A stretch of DNA of 64,000 nt from Mogibacterium diversum (GTDB lineage Bacteria > Bacillota > Clostridia > Peptostreptococcales > Anaerovoracaceae): the NCBI RefSeq assembly GCF_938028775.1, contig NZ_CALIZG010000024.1:129672-193671 (forward strand). Reading direction: 5' to 3'. Under the pieces are notes generated by a model. The model was not told where the DNA came from. It saw only the letters and a list, made by a program, of their open reading frames with translations, and searched no databases. This document shows positions 1 through 8,744 of the stretch, piece after piece. Made by a program: the position numbers and the translations under genes. Numbering within the stretch: position 1 is the first letter of the stretch; every line of letters starts with the position of its first letter.

Positions 1-673
1 TACATTTTTCATATCGCTCTTCTTAGTTCTATTTTTTGTGATCGGACTATACCGTAATAGAGACGTACTCGCCCCACCAAAGCTTGATCGCGGAGTAATT
101 TTCATCGATCCTGGTCATGGTGGACATGACCCAGGTTCTCAAACCAAGTCTCGAAAAGAAAAAGACGATACGCTTCGTATAGCACTACAAATAAAAAAAG
201 AACTTAACAAGAAAAATTTTAAGGTCTACCTAACTCGTGAGAATGATAGCTTTACCGAGAGGATTAAAATTGGAAAAATGGCTAACAGAAAAAAAGCCAA
301 GCTTATGGTCTCAATTCATAGAAACAAAGCCGGAGATCCTAGAGCTCAAGGTGTAGAGGTCTTTCTTCCAAAGGATGATAATCCCAAAAGCCGATATCTC
401 GGCAAACAGATTATGAAGCAGCTGCACGATGAAGGCTTTGCGAAAAGACGCGTGCGTTCAGGAACACTCGTTAGCGAAAACAACGAGTACGACGAACTCA
501 GTATCAATAAAATGCCTTCTTGCCTAGTTGAGATTGGTTTTATCAGCAATAAGCACGATAACAAGTTATTTGACAAGAACTTGAAAGGGAATGCAAAAGC
601 CGTAGCAGATGCGATTGAAAAGACTTATTCTCATTACTACGAGAAAGATAAGAAGTCTAAGAAAGACAAATAG
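1..673 (+). CDS. N-acetylmuramoyl-L-alanine amidase, CwlD-like (5' end outside the window)
   Basis: The reading frame is open from position 2 through a hydrophobic stretch (FFISLFLVLFF). The Amidase_3 motif IFIDPGHGGHDPG is present, and the C-terminal tail is Lys-rich. The listed ORF begins at an internal GTG at 38. Confidence 0.75.
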   Translation, partial: TFFISLFLVLFFVIGLYRNRDVLAPPKLDRGVIFIDPGHGGHDPGSQTKSRKEKDDTLRIALQIKKELNKKNFKVYLTRENDSFTERIKIGKMANRKKAKLMVSIHRNKAGDPRAQGVEVFLPKDDNPKSRYLGKQIMKQLHDEGFAKRRVRSGTLVSENNEYDELSINKMPSCLVEIGFISNKHDNKLFDKNLKGNAKAVADAIEKTYSHYYEKDKKSKKDK

Positions 674-678
674 AAAGC

Positions 679-715
679 AAAGAACTCGATTCTGCTGAAT
701 CGAGTTCTTTTTTAT
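679..715. terminator. Bidirectional intrinsic terminator shared by the convergent amidase and proC genes
   Basis: A perfect 14-bp inverted repeat AAAGAACTCGATTC / GAATCGAGTTCTTT with a 4-nt loop, followed by a T6 run on the plus strand and an A/T-rich flank on the minus strand. Confidence 0.7.
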
Positions 716-781
716 GCAACGATATTCTACGCATCTATATGTCAATGTTAGTACCAGCTAGATATTTTTGTGAATCGAGCT

Positions 782-1585
782 CTAACCTCTCATAGCCGCT
801 GATTTCTCTGTAGCTGCATTGGCACCTTCGATTACTGCGCTTCTGAAGTTGTTTGCTTCGAGTGTACGAACAGCCGCGATAGTAGTTCCTGCTGGTGAGC
901 ACACCATATCCTTAAGTTCACCCGGATGCTTGCCAGTTTCCATAACCATCTTAGCCGCACCATATACTGTCTGTGCAGCGAATTCATAGGCCTGTCTTCT
1001 AGGCATGCCTCCAACCACTGCCGCATCAGCAAGAGCCTCTATGAATAGGAATACGTAAGCTGGTCCACTGCCACTAATTCCAGTGACTACGTCAAATAGA
1101 TTTTCTGGTATAATTTCAGCCTTTCCAAAGGCAGACAGGATACTAAGAGTAGTCTTAGTTTCTTCTTCACTTACGAACTCATTTGGGCAAGCTGCCGACA
1201 TGCCTTCACCAACCTGAGCTGGTGTATTTGGCATTACGCGAACGAGTTTTACGTTTTTGTCACCGAAAGCTTTACCAAGATAGTCTAGTGTCACACCTGC
1301 TCCAATCGAGATGAACACGTGATTTTCCTTTACATGATCCTTTATTCCCTCGATTACCGGTGCATAATACTGCGGTTTTACAGTTAAGAATACGTAGTCA
1401 CATTTTTCAAGTACATCTAGATTATTGTCTGTAACCTCTACTCCATTCTGTTCCTTAGTTTTAGTTCTTCCAAACTCAGTTGGATCTGCACCGATGATAT
1501 CTTCAGGTTTGCAGACTCCAGCGCTGATGATACCTCCCATCATCGCATTCGCCATAACCCCTGTGCCTATAAAGCCTATTTTCAT
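782..1585 (-). CDS. proC: Pyrroline-5-carboxylate reductase
   Basis: 267 aa with an N-terminal Rossmann motif (MKIGFIGTGVMA); length and architecture match P5C reductase. It lies immediately downstream of the glycyl radical enzyme. Confidence 0.85.
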   Translation of the reverse strand: MKIGFIGTGVMANAMMGGIISAGVCKPEDIIGADPTEFGRTKTKEQNGVEVTDNNLDVLEKCDYVFLTVKPQYYAPVIEGIKDHVKENHVFISIGAGVTLDYLGKAFGDKNVKLVRVMPNTPAQVGEGMSAACPNEFVSEEETKTTLSILSAFGKAEIIPENLFDVVTGISGSGPAYVFLFIEALADAAVVGGMPRRQAYEFAAQTVYGAAKMVMETGKHPGELKDMVCSPAGTTIAAVRTLEANNFRSAVIEGANAATEKSAAMRG

Positions 1586-1631
1586 TTCTGCCTCCTAACG
1601 CACGCAAATACTATAAGTAAAGTGATATTAG

Positions 1632-1661
1632 CTGGATTGGCGCAGTCTCACGCCAATCCAG
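1632..1661. terminator. Stem-loop between hypD and proC, candidate attenuator or weak terminator
   Basis: A perfect 11-bp inverted repeat CTGGATTGGCG / CGCCAATCCAG with an 8-nt loop. Both flanks are only moderately U-rich. Confidence 0.3.
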
Positions 1662-1751
1662 TTAAGGTGTAATTATTTAGAATACACTGCGCATAGTCGC
1701 TTCATGTATTTATTATACATCGAAATTGCTTCTATACACGGTTTATCCCTC

Positions 1752-4127
1752 TTAGCTGAAGGATTGCTCAGTTCTATTGATAATCTCATCCTGAAGCGGC
1801 TTATCGAGGTTACGGAAGAAGTCGCTGTATCCAGCTACTCTTACGATTAGATCCTTGTATTCCTCAGGATTCTTCTGCGCCTCGATTAAAGTTGCTCTAT
1901 CTATAATATTGAACTGAATGTGGTGTCCATCCATAGCGAAGTATGAACGAACAAGGTCAGCCATGTGAGCTAGTCCCTCTTCACCAGCCACTACATCAGG
2001 TGTAAACTTCTGGTTTAGAAGAGTACCACTTGTTGCGAGGTGATCCATCTTAGCGCAGGACTTGATTACAGCTGTAGGACCGTTTACATCGGCAGCCTTC
2101 TCTGGTGAAATTCCCTCAGATACTGGTTTATGTGCCTTACGTCCATTTGGAGTTGCAAGGATAACATCACCGAAGTATACGTGGCAGGTCGTAGGCAGCA
2201 TGTCGATTCCGTACTTTCCGCCCTTCATATTTGGTCTGCCAACGATTGTATCGTGATATAGGTCAAAGATCTGCTTCATAACATCATCAGCATAGTCATC
2301 ATCATTTCCGTACTTAGGAGTCTTCTCAGTTACGAGGCTATAGATATAGTCGTATCCTTCAAAGTTGTGCTCCATAGCTTCGATGAGCTCGTCCATAGTG
2401 AAGTTCTTCTCATCAAATACATTATACTTAACAGATGTTAGGCAGTCTGTAACTGTTCCGATTCCCACACCCTGGATGTAGTTTGTGTTGTAGCGAGCAC
2501 CACCAGCATTGTAGTCCTTAGCATTTGAGATACAATCGTTAGTTACTACAGAAAGTAGAGGTGCTGGCATGAACTCAGCATAGATTCTCTCAATGATGTT
2601 GTTACCGTATATCTTGATGTTTACGAAGTACTCTAGCTGCTTCTTAAATGCATCCCATAACTCCTCGTAGTTCTTAAAATCCTTAGCATAACCTAGCTTT
2701 AGACCTAGCTGCTTGCCAGACACCTGATCATATCCGTTGAACAGTGTCATCTGGAATATCTTAGGAATGTTCATATAACCTGTAAGGATATATGCTTCAC
2801 TTCCCCATGCTCCAGTCTCAACACATCCAGAAGAACCGCCGCGACGAGCATCTTCGAGTGTCTTCCCTGCATTTATCAGCTCCATAATCTGAGCTTCTGT
2901 ATTATAGAATGCTGGCTGTCCCCAACCCTTTCTTGAAATCTCACAAGCTCTCCTTAGGAATCTCTGAGGAGTCTTCTTACTGATTGTTACGTTTGAGTTA
3001 GGCTGTACAAGCTTCATATCATCCATGCAGTCAAGGATTAGATAGCTAACTGCGTTAACACCGTTCTCTCCAGTTGGCGTAACTCCACCAGTGTTGATGT
3101 TAGCGAAGTCTGTGTATGTTGCGCTCTCCTTGAGTGTAATTCCTACCTTTACTGGAGCTGGCTGATTATAGAACTTAACCCATAGGCACTCTAGAAGCTC
3201 AAGAGCTTTCTCATCATCGAGTATGCCCGCTTCAGTATCTGCTTCATAGTACTTGATGAGGTGCTGGTCCATTCTGCCAGGGCTGAATGCATCCCATGGA
3301 TTGAGCTCAGTTGTAACTGCCAGGTGTGTAAACCAGTATAGCTGGATTGCCTGCCAGTAAGTCTGTGGTGCGTGTGCAGGAACGACTTCGAGGTTCTTAG
3401 CAATCTGCAAAATCTCAGCCTTTCTAACTTGATTTGTCTCTGCTTCAGCCTTCTCGAGCGCTAGCTTGTGGTATCTCTCACCGAGGATGATTACTGCGTC
3501 GCAGCAGATATCCATAGCCTTTAGTTCTTCGTTCTTATCATAAGCTTCAGGATCGTTCATCCAATCTAGCTTATCCATCGTTTCCTTAATTTTAGCCTTA
3601 TAATCCATGTATCCAGTAGTGAATACCTGCTCTCCACCGCAAGTGTGTCCAGGACCTCTCTGCTCCATAAACTCTGTGAATACACCTGCTTCGTAGCACT
3701 CATGCCACTCTGGCGTCATCGATGCTAGGATTTTCTCTCGGATAGTTCTGCCTTCCCAGAATGGGATGATTTCCTTCTTCTGAAGCTCTCTATCTTCTAC
3801 TGTAGTGTGGAATGAAACGAGCTTTCTGTCGCTCATTACAATCATATCTTCTTCACTGTGGCAGCATAGTTCAGGAAATGTAGGTGACGCCTGAGGGTCC
3901 TTACCTTTCTCACCAACGATAAGCTCTCCATCTCCAAAGTAAAGCGTCTTCTTGGAGAAATACTCTTTGAGAACCATAGCTCTCATTACAGGGATTGAAT
4001 ACTTTCCATCGTTCTCTCTGTAGAAGTCTGTCTCAATCTTAGCTCTTTCGAGATCGATGTGTACCGGTGTATTTACACTTATATCTCTTAACTTCTGAAT
4101 CCTCTCATTCATACCATGTGTTGCCAT
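1752..4127 (-). CDS. hypD: Glycyl radical enzyme, trans-4-hydroxy-L-proline dehydratase-like
   Basis: 791 aa in the PFL-like fold. The C-terminus carries the glycyl radical motif (IVRVAGYSDFF) and there is a GCVETG active-site loop. It is flanked by a dedicated activase and proC, which is the genomic signature of HypD. Confidence 0.65.
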   Translation of the reverse strand: MATHGMNERIQKLRDISVNTPVHIDLERAKIETDFYRENDGKYSIPVMRAMVLKEYFSKKTLYFGDGELIVGEKGKDPQASPTFPELCCHSEEDMIVMSDRKLVSFHTTVEDRELQKKEIIPFWEGRTIREKILASMTPEWHECYEAGVFTEFMEQRGPGHTCGGEQVFTTGYMDYKAKIKETMDKLDWMNDPEAYDKNEELKAMDICCDAVIILGERYHKLALEKAEAETNQVRKAEILQIAKNLEVVPAHAPQTYWQAIQLYWFTHLAVTTELNPWDAFSPGRMDQHLIKYYEADTEAGILDDEKALELLECLWVKFYNQPAPVKVGITLKESATYTDFANINTGGVTPTGENGVNAVSYLILDCMDDMKLVQPNSNVTISKKTPQRFLRRACEISRKGWGQPAFYNTEAQIMELINAGKTLEDARRGGSSGCVETGAWGSEAYILTGYMNIPKIFQMTLFNGYDQVSGKQLGLKLGYAKDFKNYEELWDAFKKQLEYFVNIKIYGNNIIERIYAEFMPAPLLSVVTNDCISNAKDYNAGGARYNTNYIQGVGIGTVTDCLTSVKYNVFDEKNFTMDELIEAMEHNFEGYDYIYSLVTEKTPKYGNDDDYADDVMKQIFDLYHDTIVGRPNMKGGKYGIDMLPTTCHVYFGDVILATPNGRKAHKPVSEGISPEKAADVNGPTAVIKSCAKMDHLATSGTLLNQKFTPDVVAGEEGLAHMADLVRSYFAMDGHHIQFNIIDRATLIEAQKNPEEYKDLIVRVAGYSDFFRNLDKPLQDEIINRTEQSFS

Positions 4128-4129
4128 TG

Positions 4130-5038
4130 CTATCCTCCTATCTTGGTGTTAATAAAACCAGCTTTTATAAATAGTTCAGCGAACTTTTCCATCTCTTCCT
4201 TGAAAGGTGCATGCAGTTCACGACCCTCATACACCATTCCAATCTTCGAATACTTCGGAACACCTGCGTCGTGATAAGGTAAAAGGTTGATTTTAGCAGG
4301 ATGTATTCCGTTATCTTGCAGGAATTTTATAGTATCCTGCATGTTTTTCTCATTACCATTAACTTCTTTGATAACCGGGATTCTTACGTAGATCCTTGCT
4401 CCGTCCTTAGAAAGTCTTGCGAGATTGCCTAGTATCTTCTCGTTGCTAACTCCAGTGTATTTCTTATGGAGTTCATCATCCATGCACTTGAGATCGTATA
4501 AGAACGTATCTGTGTATGGAAGGATTTTGCTTAGTCTCTCATATGGAACATATCCGCATGTATCGATAAAAAGCGAAATCCCATTGCGTTTTAGTTCCTT
4601 AGCTATAGCGAGCAGATATTCTATATCCATCATCATCACTTCGCCGCCTGAGAGTGTTACGCCACCTCCCGACTCTTCGTAGAACATGAGATCTTTCATC
4701 AGCTCTTTTACAAGTGCCTTTGGTTCGTAATCTTTGCCCATTACCCTTCTAGCAGAGCTTGGACACATCTTGCCGCACTTGTCGCAGCGATTGCATTTGT
4801 TAGAATCCGTAAATGCCTTTCCGTTTACGATACTGATTGCTTCAGCGTGACAAGCTCCTATGCAGGAACCGCACCCTACGCACTTCTCGCTGTCGAACTC
4901 AACCTCTGGATTGTAGCACTGTGTCTCCGGATTATGACACCAAGTGCAGTGAAGCGGACAGCCTTTAAAGAATACGGTAGTTCTGATGCCGTCTCCGTCA
5001 TGTATTGAAAACTTCTGGATGTTAGTAATTGCTTTCAT
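4130..5038 (-). CDS. Glycyl-radical enzyme activating enzyme (radical SAM)
   Basis: 302 aa with a CPLHCTWCHNPE (CxxxCxxC) motif and two ferredoxin-like Cys clusters. It sits directly upstream of the glycyl radical enzyme on the same strand. Confidence 0.85.
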   Translation of the reverse strand: MKAITNIQKFSIHDGDGIRTTVFFKGCPLHCTWCHNPETQCYNPEVEFDSEKCVGCGSCIGACHAEAISIVNGKAFTDSNKCNRCDKCGKMCPSSARRVMGKDYEPKALVKELMKDLMFYEESGGGVTLSGGEVMMMDIEYLLAIAKELKRNGISLFIDTCGYVPYERLSKILPYTDTFLYDLKCMDDELHKKYTGVSNEKILGNLARLSKDGARIYVRIPVIKEVNGNEKNMQDTIKFLQDNGIHPAKINLLPYHDAGVPKYSKIGMVYEGRELHAPFKEEMEKFAELFIKAGFINTKIGG

Positions 5039-5261
5039 GTCTCAATCACCCTTTAATATTTTTTAGACTGCGTTCTAAATTTAATATAACCATATCATTG
5101 TGATAAAACCTTGTCAATCTGTTTTGTTAATTATTTTTCGGAATTTTGCAAAAAAAGATGGATACATTCCACTTGATAAAATCATGTTTGAATATATCCC
5201 TTGTTTATTTATACCACCTTTATAAAAATAAGTGGCATACTATCCTTATTAATCTATAATT

Positions 5262-5393
5262 CTAGTTGATTTCTATACTGTCCAGTGCTTCATGTAGGCT
5301 CTTCAACTCTAGATAGTTTCGCACTACAAATACTAGACATACTATATTAACAAGTAAAAGTACACATAAAACAATTTTTCGCTTGGTGCTCAT
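5262..5393 (-). CDS. Small single-pass membrane protein, cassette A 'z' (43 aa)
   Basis: Not in the ORF track because it is shorter than 60 aa. An ATG is preceded by a strong AAGGGAGG Shine-Dalgarno. The product MSTKRKIVLCVLLLVNIVCLVFVVRNYLELKSLHEALDSIEIN is a paralog of the product of 7847..7978. Confidence 0.5.
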   Translation of the reverse strand: MSTKRKIVLCVLLLVNIVCLVFVVRNYLELKSLHEALDSIEIN

Positions 5394-5441
5394 TTTCTTA
5401 AACCTCCCTTTTATCAAAATTCAATCTGCACACAATATTAG

Positions 5442-5861
5442 TTAGTACTCCCACTGATATCCTGCCTCTGTCATATCCTTACAAATTTTATCTCTAATAT
5501 CCGAGGGGCTATGTTGCTCTTTAATTTTGTTTTTAGCACGATAATCCTTTTGAAATTCAATCAGATCCTTCGCTTTATTACCTGTCTCCTTAATTGATAT
5601 ATCATACCCTTCACTATTAAGGTATTCTACAATTGCATTTGTGTTATGACCCTTTTTGATACTATAAGTGGCGTCGTCATCGATTATATCAAAATCTACT
5701 AGTTTACAATCAACAACTCTCAAGTTCATACTTATTTTCATTTGAATTAACCACTTTAAATTAGCTATCCCAATGTTTATTTTATACGTAGAATAACATG
5801 AAAAGAGAGATACCAATATAGAAACTAATACAATTATATTGAACCTATTTTTTTTATCCAT
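5442..5861 (-). CDS. N-terminally anchored small protein, family Y (copy 1)
   Basis: 139 aa with an N-terminal TM/signal-anchor and the motifs GHNTNAIVEYLNSEGY and C-terminal EAGYQWEY. It is paralogous to the products of 8029..8451, 6194..6619 and 6763..7194. Confidence 0.6.
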   Translation of the reverse strand: MDKKNRFNIIVLVSILVSLFSCYSTYKINIGIANLKWLIQMKISMNLRVVDCKLVDFDIIDDDATYSIKKGHNTNAIVEYLNSEGYDISIKETGNKAKDLIEFQKDYRAKNKIKEQHSPSDIRDKICKDMTEAGYQWEY

Positions 5862-6216
5862 TTATATCCCCCATTATTAATTGATTCTTAATTTCATCTC
5901 TAACTTCCACAGTTGAATATAGTCCTACATGCTCACCACATTCTCTTAAAGTTTCAATATTATCTTTCATTGAGCCTTTTAATGGATAGTCTTTATTATC
6001 CACATATATCATAATCGCTTCTGTATTTGGTTCAAGTCTTATGACGCACTTATCATTAACCTGAGTGACGTATGAATCTGTTGTTGCTAATTCAACTTTA
6101 ATCATAAAGTTATACATAGAGAGCTGAAGTGATGACATATTTTTCTTCTCGGTATCTGCAAACAGCCCAATCGCTTCCACAGAGATTACTTTTTTAGTAT
6201 CCGTAGTCCCAACCAT
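5854..6216 (-). CDS. Small cytoplasmic protein, family X (copy 1)
   Basis: 120 aa sharing the block TTDSYVTQVNDKCVI with the product of 8439..8744. Its stop overlaps the Shine-Dalgarno and start of the downstream Y gene. Confidence 0.55.
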   Translation of the reverse strand: MVGTTDTKKVISVEAIGLFADTEKKNMSSLQLSMYNFMIKVELATTDSYVTQVNDKCVIRLEPNTEAIMIYVDNKDYPLKGSMKDNIETLRECGEHVGLYSTVEVRDEIKNQLIMGDING

Positions 6217-6619
6217 ACCCTTTCTTTTTCATATCATCTATTATTGTCAGGTGACACTCATAAGCATTATGAACTTTTAAATTCATTTTGTCGCAATAAT
6301 CGTCAATCATCTTTATAATTTTCTTTCTGTTCCTTTGAGCTTCTGTATTATCTACACAATCTTCAAATTTAACTTTTGTTTTCTCAATTTCCTCATATGT
6401 GACCAAATACCCTTCATCATTAAGATATCTTATGATTACATCTGTATTTCTTCCTTTTTGCCAAGTAAGTATATTATTTTTTTTAGTAGTATCTAAATCA
6501 AAAACACGGCTAATTTTAAAATTTTCATTTTTCCATTCTTCCTTTAATTTTTCGCTTTGTTTTTTGTGTGCCCCATACTCTTTTACAATTATTACTGAAG
6601 AAGCACATACACTTATCAA
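6194..6619 (-). CDS. Family Y paralog (copy 2), probable 5' frameshift or alternative start
   Basis: Carries the GRNTDVIIRYLNDEGY motif and a C-terminal GYGWDYGY. An ATG at 6653 followed by an A5 run is out of frame by 1 nt. Removing one A yields a canonical signal peptide MKTKIIFIILILISVCASS. Confidence 0.55.
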   Translation of the reverse strand: MISVCASSVIIVKEYGAHKKQSEKLKEEWKNENFKISRVFDLDTTKKNNILTWQKGRNTDVIIRYLNDEGYLVTYEEIEKTKVKFEDCVDNTEAQRNRKKIIKMIDDYCDKMNLKVHNAYECHLTIIDDMKKKGYGWDYGY

Positions 6620-6762
6620 AATTAGTATTATAAAAATAATCTTAGTTTTTCATCAGAATCCACACTTTCCTCAACAAGTATTAATTTATTATTTTGATTA
6701 CCCATATTTTCACCTATATTTTCGTATAGGTTTATAAATAATAAATTAACCTTGTATAAAAT

Positions 6763-7194
6763 TTATTTTGTCTGCCAATCTAACTGAGAAACCAGATAGT
6801 CTTGTAAAGCACCATTCCCAATATCTCCTAAACTCTCGACTTCTTTATACTTTTTTATAGCTTCAAAAATCTTTTTTCTACTTTCTAACGCCTTATTGTT
6901 TCCTTTTATATCGCTATAGAAAACTTTTGCACTTTGTATTTCTTGAAATGTTATTATGCAACCTTTTTTGTTAAATTCCTCTATAACAGTATCTGTGTTT
7001 CTACCTTTGCTCCAATTGTCATTCTCATCAACTTCCAGATCAAAAACGAGTTTCATCTCGGCATTTTTTCTTATTACGTTTAGCTCTTCCTTTTTATATT
7101 GGTCATGATAGTGTTTTGCTGCAAATGTAAAAAAAATTGAACTTACTACTACTAAAACTATAATATTATTTTTCTTTTTCTTTAATGCATCCAT
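6763..7194 (-). CDS. Family Y paralog (copy 3)
   Basis: 143 aa with an N-terminal TM (IIVLVVVSSIFFTFAA) and the GRNTDTVIEEFNKKGC motif. Confidence 0.55.
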   Translation of the reverse strand: MDALKKKKNNIIVLVVVSSIFFTFAAKHYHDQYKKEELNVIRKNAEMKLVFDLEVDENDNWSKGRNTDTVIEEFNKKGCIITFQEIQSAKVFYSDIKGNNKALESRKKIFEAIKKYKEVESLGDIGNGALQDYLVSQLDWQTK

Positions 7195-7268
7195 GGCTTA
7201 GCATCCCTTCATGCAATTTTTTCTTTAATATAATATTGTAGTGCACCCATACCGATATCTCCCGTCTT

Positions 7269-7532
7269 TTATATTTTTTTATACTTATCTATTACTTCAC
7301 TGACTTTATCCTGGGAATAAACTATATCATTCACTGTTATATTGCTGCCTGTAGAATTATTAATATGTTCTATTATCATTTGTGTATTCTTACATTTTAC
7401 AAATTTTGTATTGAATTCAGCAACATTAGAGGATTCAATCATATGCAAATCAAAAATAACACTATTTTCAATTTCCCTGCATCTATCATAGGCGCGTTCT
7501 GTTGTAATGTTATCATTACATTTATCAATCAA
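7269..7532 (-). CDS. Small hypothetical protein (87 aa, no signal peptide)
   Basis: An ORF within the AT-rich island on the same strand as the neighbouring island genes; no recognisable domain. Confidence 0.4.
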   Translation of the reverse strand: MIDKCNDNITTERAYDRCREIENSVIFDLHMIESSNVAEFNTKFVKCKNTQMIIEHINNSTGSNITVNDIVYSQDKVSEVIDKYKKI

Positions 7533-7846
7533 TGTTTCATCATACTTGGAAATATTAGTACCTTTGAAGCCCCACCTTCTGCGTGCTAAAGGCTTTTCTC
7601 TAAAATTTTCATATATATACTATATTTGGCTTCTCCTACAAGCTTCTTTTTATTATATTTGAGATATCATATATTTCTTTTATAGTATCATTATCGACTT
7701 TTATTTTATCCTCTACTTGAATTAATGCAGTACTAAAAAACGACGGATATATCCTCATTCATAAATAATGTTTGAATATATCCCTTACTAATTTTTTGCC
7801 ATCATTCTAAAAAGGAATATTGTACTATCCTTATTAAGCTTAGATC

Positions 7847-7978
7847 CTATTTGATTTTTAAACTGTCTAATACTCTCTCAGCAGTCTGCAATTCTAGATA
7901 CTGATGCACCATAACTGTTATACATATTACATTTACTAGCAAAAACAGACATAACAATATCTTTTGTTTCCTATCCAT
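7847..7978 (-). CDS. Small single-pass membrane protein, cassette B 'z' (43 aa from the internal ATG; the ORF-track start is at 8041)
   Basis: MDRKQKILLCLFLLVNVICITVMVHQYLELQTAERVLDSLKIK is a paralog of the product of 5262..5393. A GGGAG Shine-Dalgarno lies upstream of the internal ATG. Confidence 0.5.
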   Translation of the reverse strand: MDRKQKILLCLFLLVNVICITVMVHQYLELQTAERVLDSLKIK

Positions 7979-8028
7979 TCTTCTAATGCTCCCATCCAGA
8001 AATAACAAGTGACTATCCATATTGCCAC

Positions 8029-8451
8029 TCAATAAATCCACTGATATCCTGCTTCTGTCATATCCTCACGTATCTTATCTCTAATATATAACCATTTATC
8101 CATTCCCTTTATATTTTTTTTAGAACGATAATATTTTTGAAAGTCAATCAGCTGTTTTGCTTTATTATTTTTTTCTTTAATTGATATGTGATAACCTTCA
8201 CTGTTTAGATATTTTATAATCTCATTAGTGTTACGTCCCGTTTTTACACTGTAGATGATCTCTCCATTGATTATTTCAAACTCTGAAACTTGACAGTCAA
8301 GGCTCAATAAATACATATTCATGTCTAATTTGATTAAGAGTTTTATATTAAATATAGCATTACTCATTCTAAGTATGGAGTAGCACGAATAAATGGATAC
8401 AAATATCGAAACTAATACAATTAAAGTAAATCTTTTATTTAATCTATCCAC
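8029..8451 (-). CDS. Family Y paralog (copy 4, cassette B)
   Basis: 140 aa with a GTG start preceded by AAGGAGG. Carries the GRNTNEIIKYLNSEGY motif and a C-terminal EAGYQWIY. Close paralog of the product of 5442..5861. Confidence 0.6.
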   Translation of the reverse strand: MDRLNKRFTLIVLVSIFVSIYSCYSILRMSNAIFNIKLLIKLDMNMYLLSLDCQVSEFEIINGEIIYSVKTGRNTNEIIKYLNSEGYHISIKEKNNKAKQLIDFQKYYRSKKNIKGMDKWLYIRDKIREDMTEAGYQWIY

Positions 8452-8744
8452 TTGTAGCCTCCTTCGCTAAGCTCTTTTATAATACATTCGTCATTAACCT
8501 GCGTAATATATGAATCAGTTGTTTTTGTCACTTCAATTCTTGTTAAATTTGTTGCAAGAGTTCTATTTTTATAACTATTATTCATATCCTCAGCAAAATC
8601 CATAACGACAGATAGACCTGGTATAGGAATAAAATCTTGAGCAACATCAATTCCTATCCTTGCCATTGATCGTTTTAATATAAAGTTATTCTCATTTATA
8701 TAATTTTTCGATGCCCTTGTATGATATTGTACTACCCCCATCAA
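8439..8744 (-). CDS. Family X paralog (copy 2, cassette B)
   Basis: 101 aa with the shared block TTDSYITQVNDECII and a C-terminal GGYKWID. TTG/ATG start. Confidence 0.5.
   Translation of the reverse strand: MMGVVQYHTRASKNYINENNFILKRSMARIGIDVAQDFIPIPGLSVVMDFAEDMNNSYKNRTLATNLTRIEVTKTTDSYITQVNDECIIKELSEGGYKWID

Noticed and set aside
7640-7770. Possible 41-aa ORF (MNEDISVVF/STALIQVEDK…) recoverable by removing one A from an A6 run
   Set aside because: It needs a frameshift, has only a distant weak ribosome-binding site and has no similarity to the other island families. Noted under homopolymer issues but not called as a gene.
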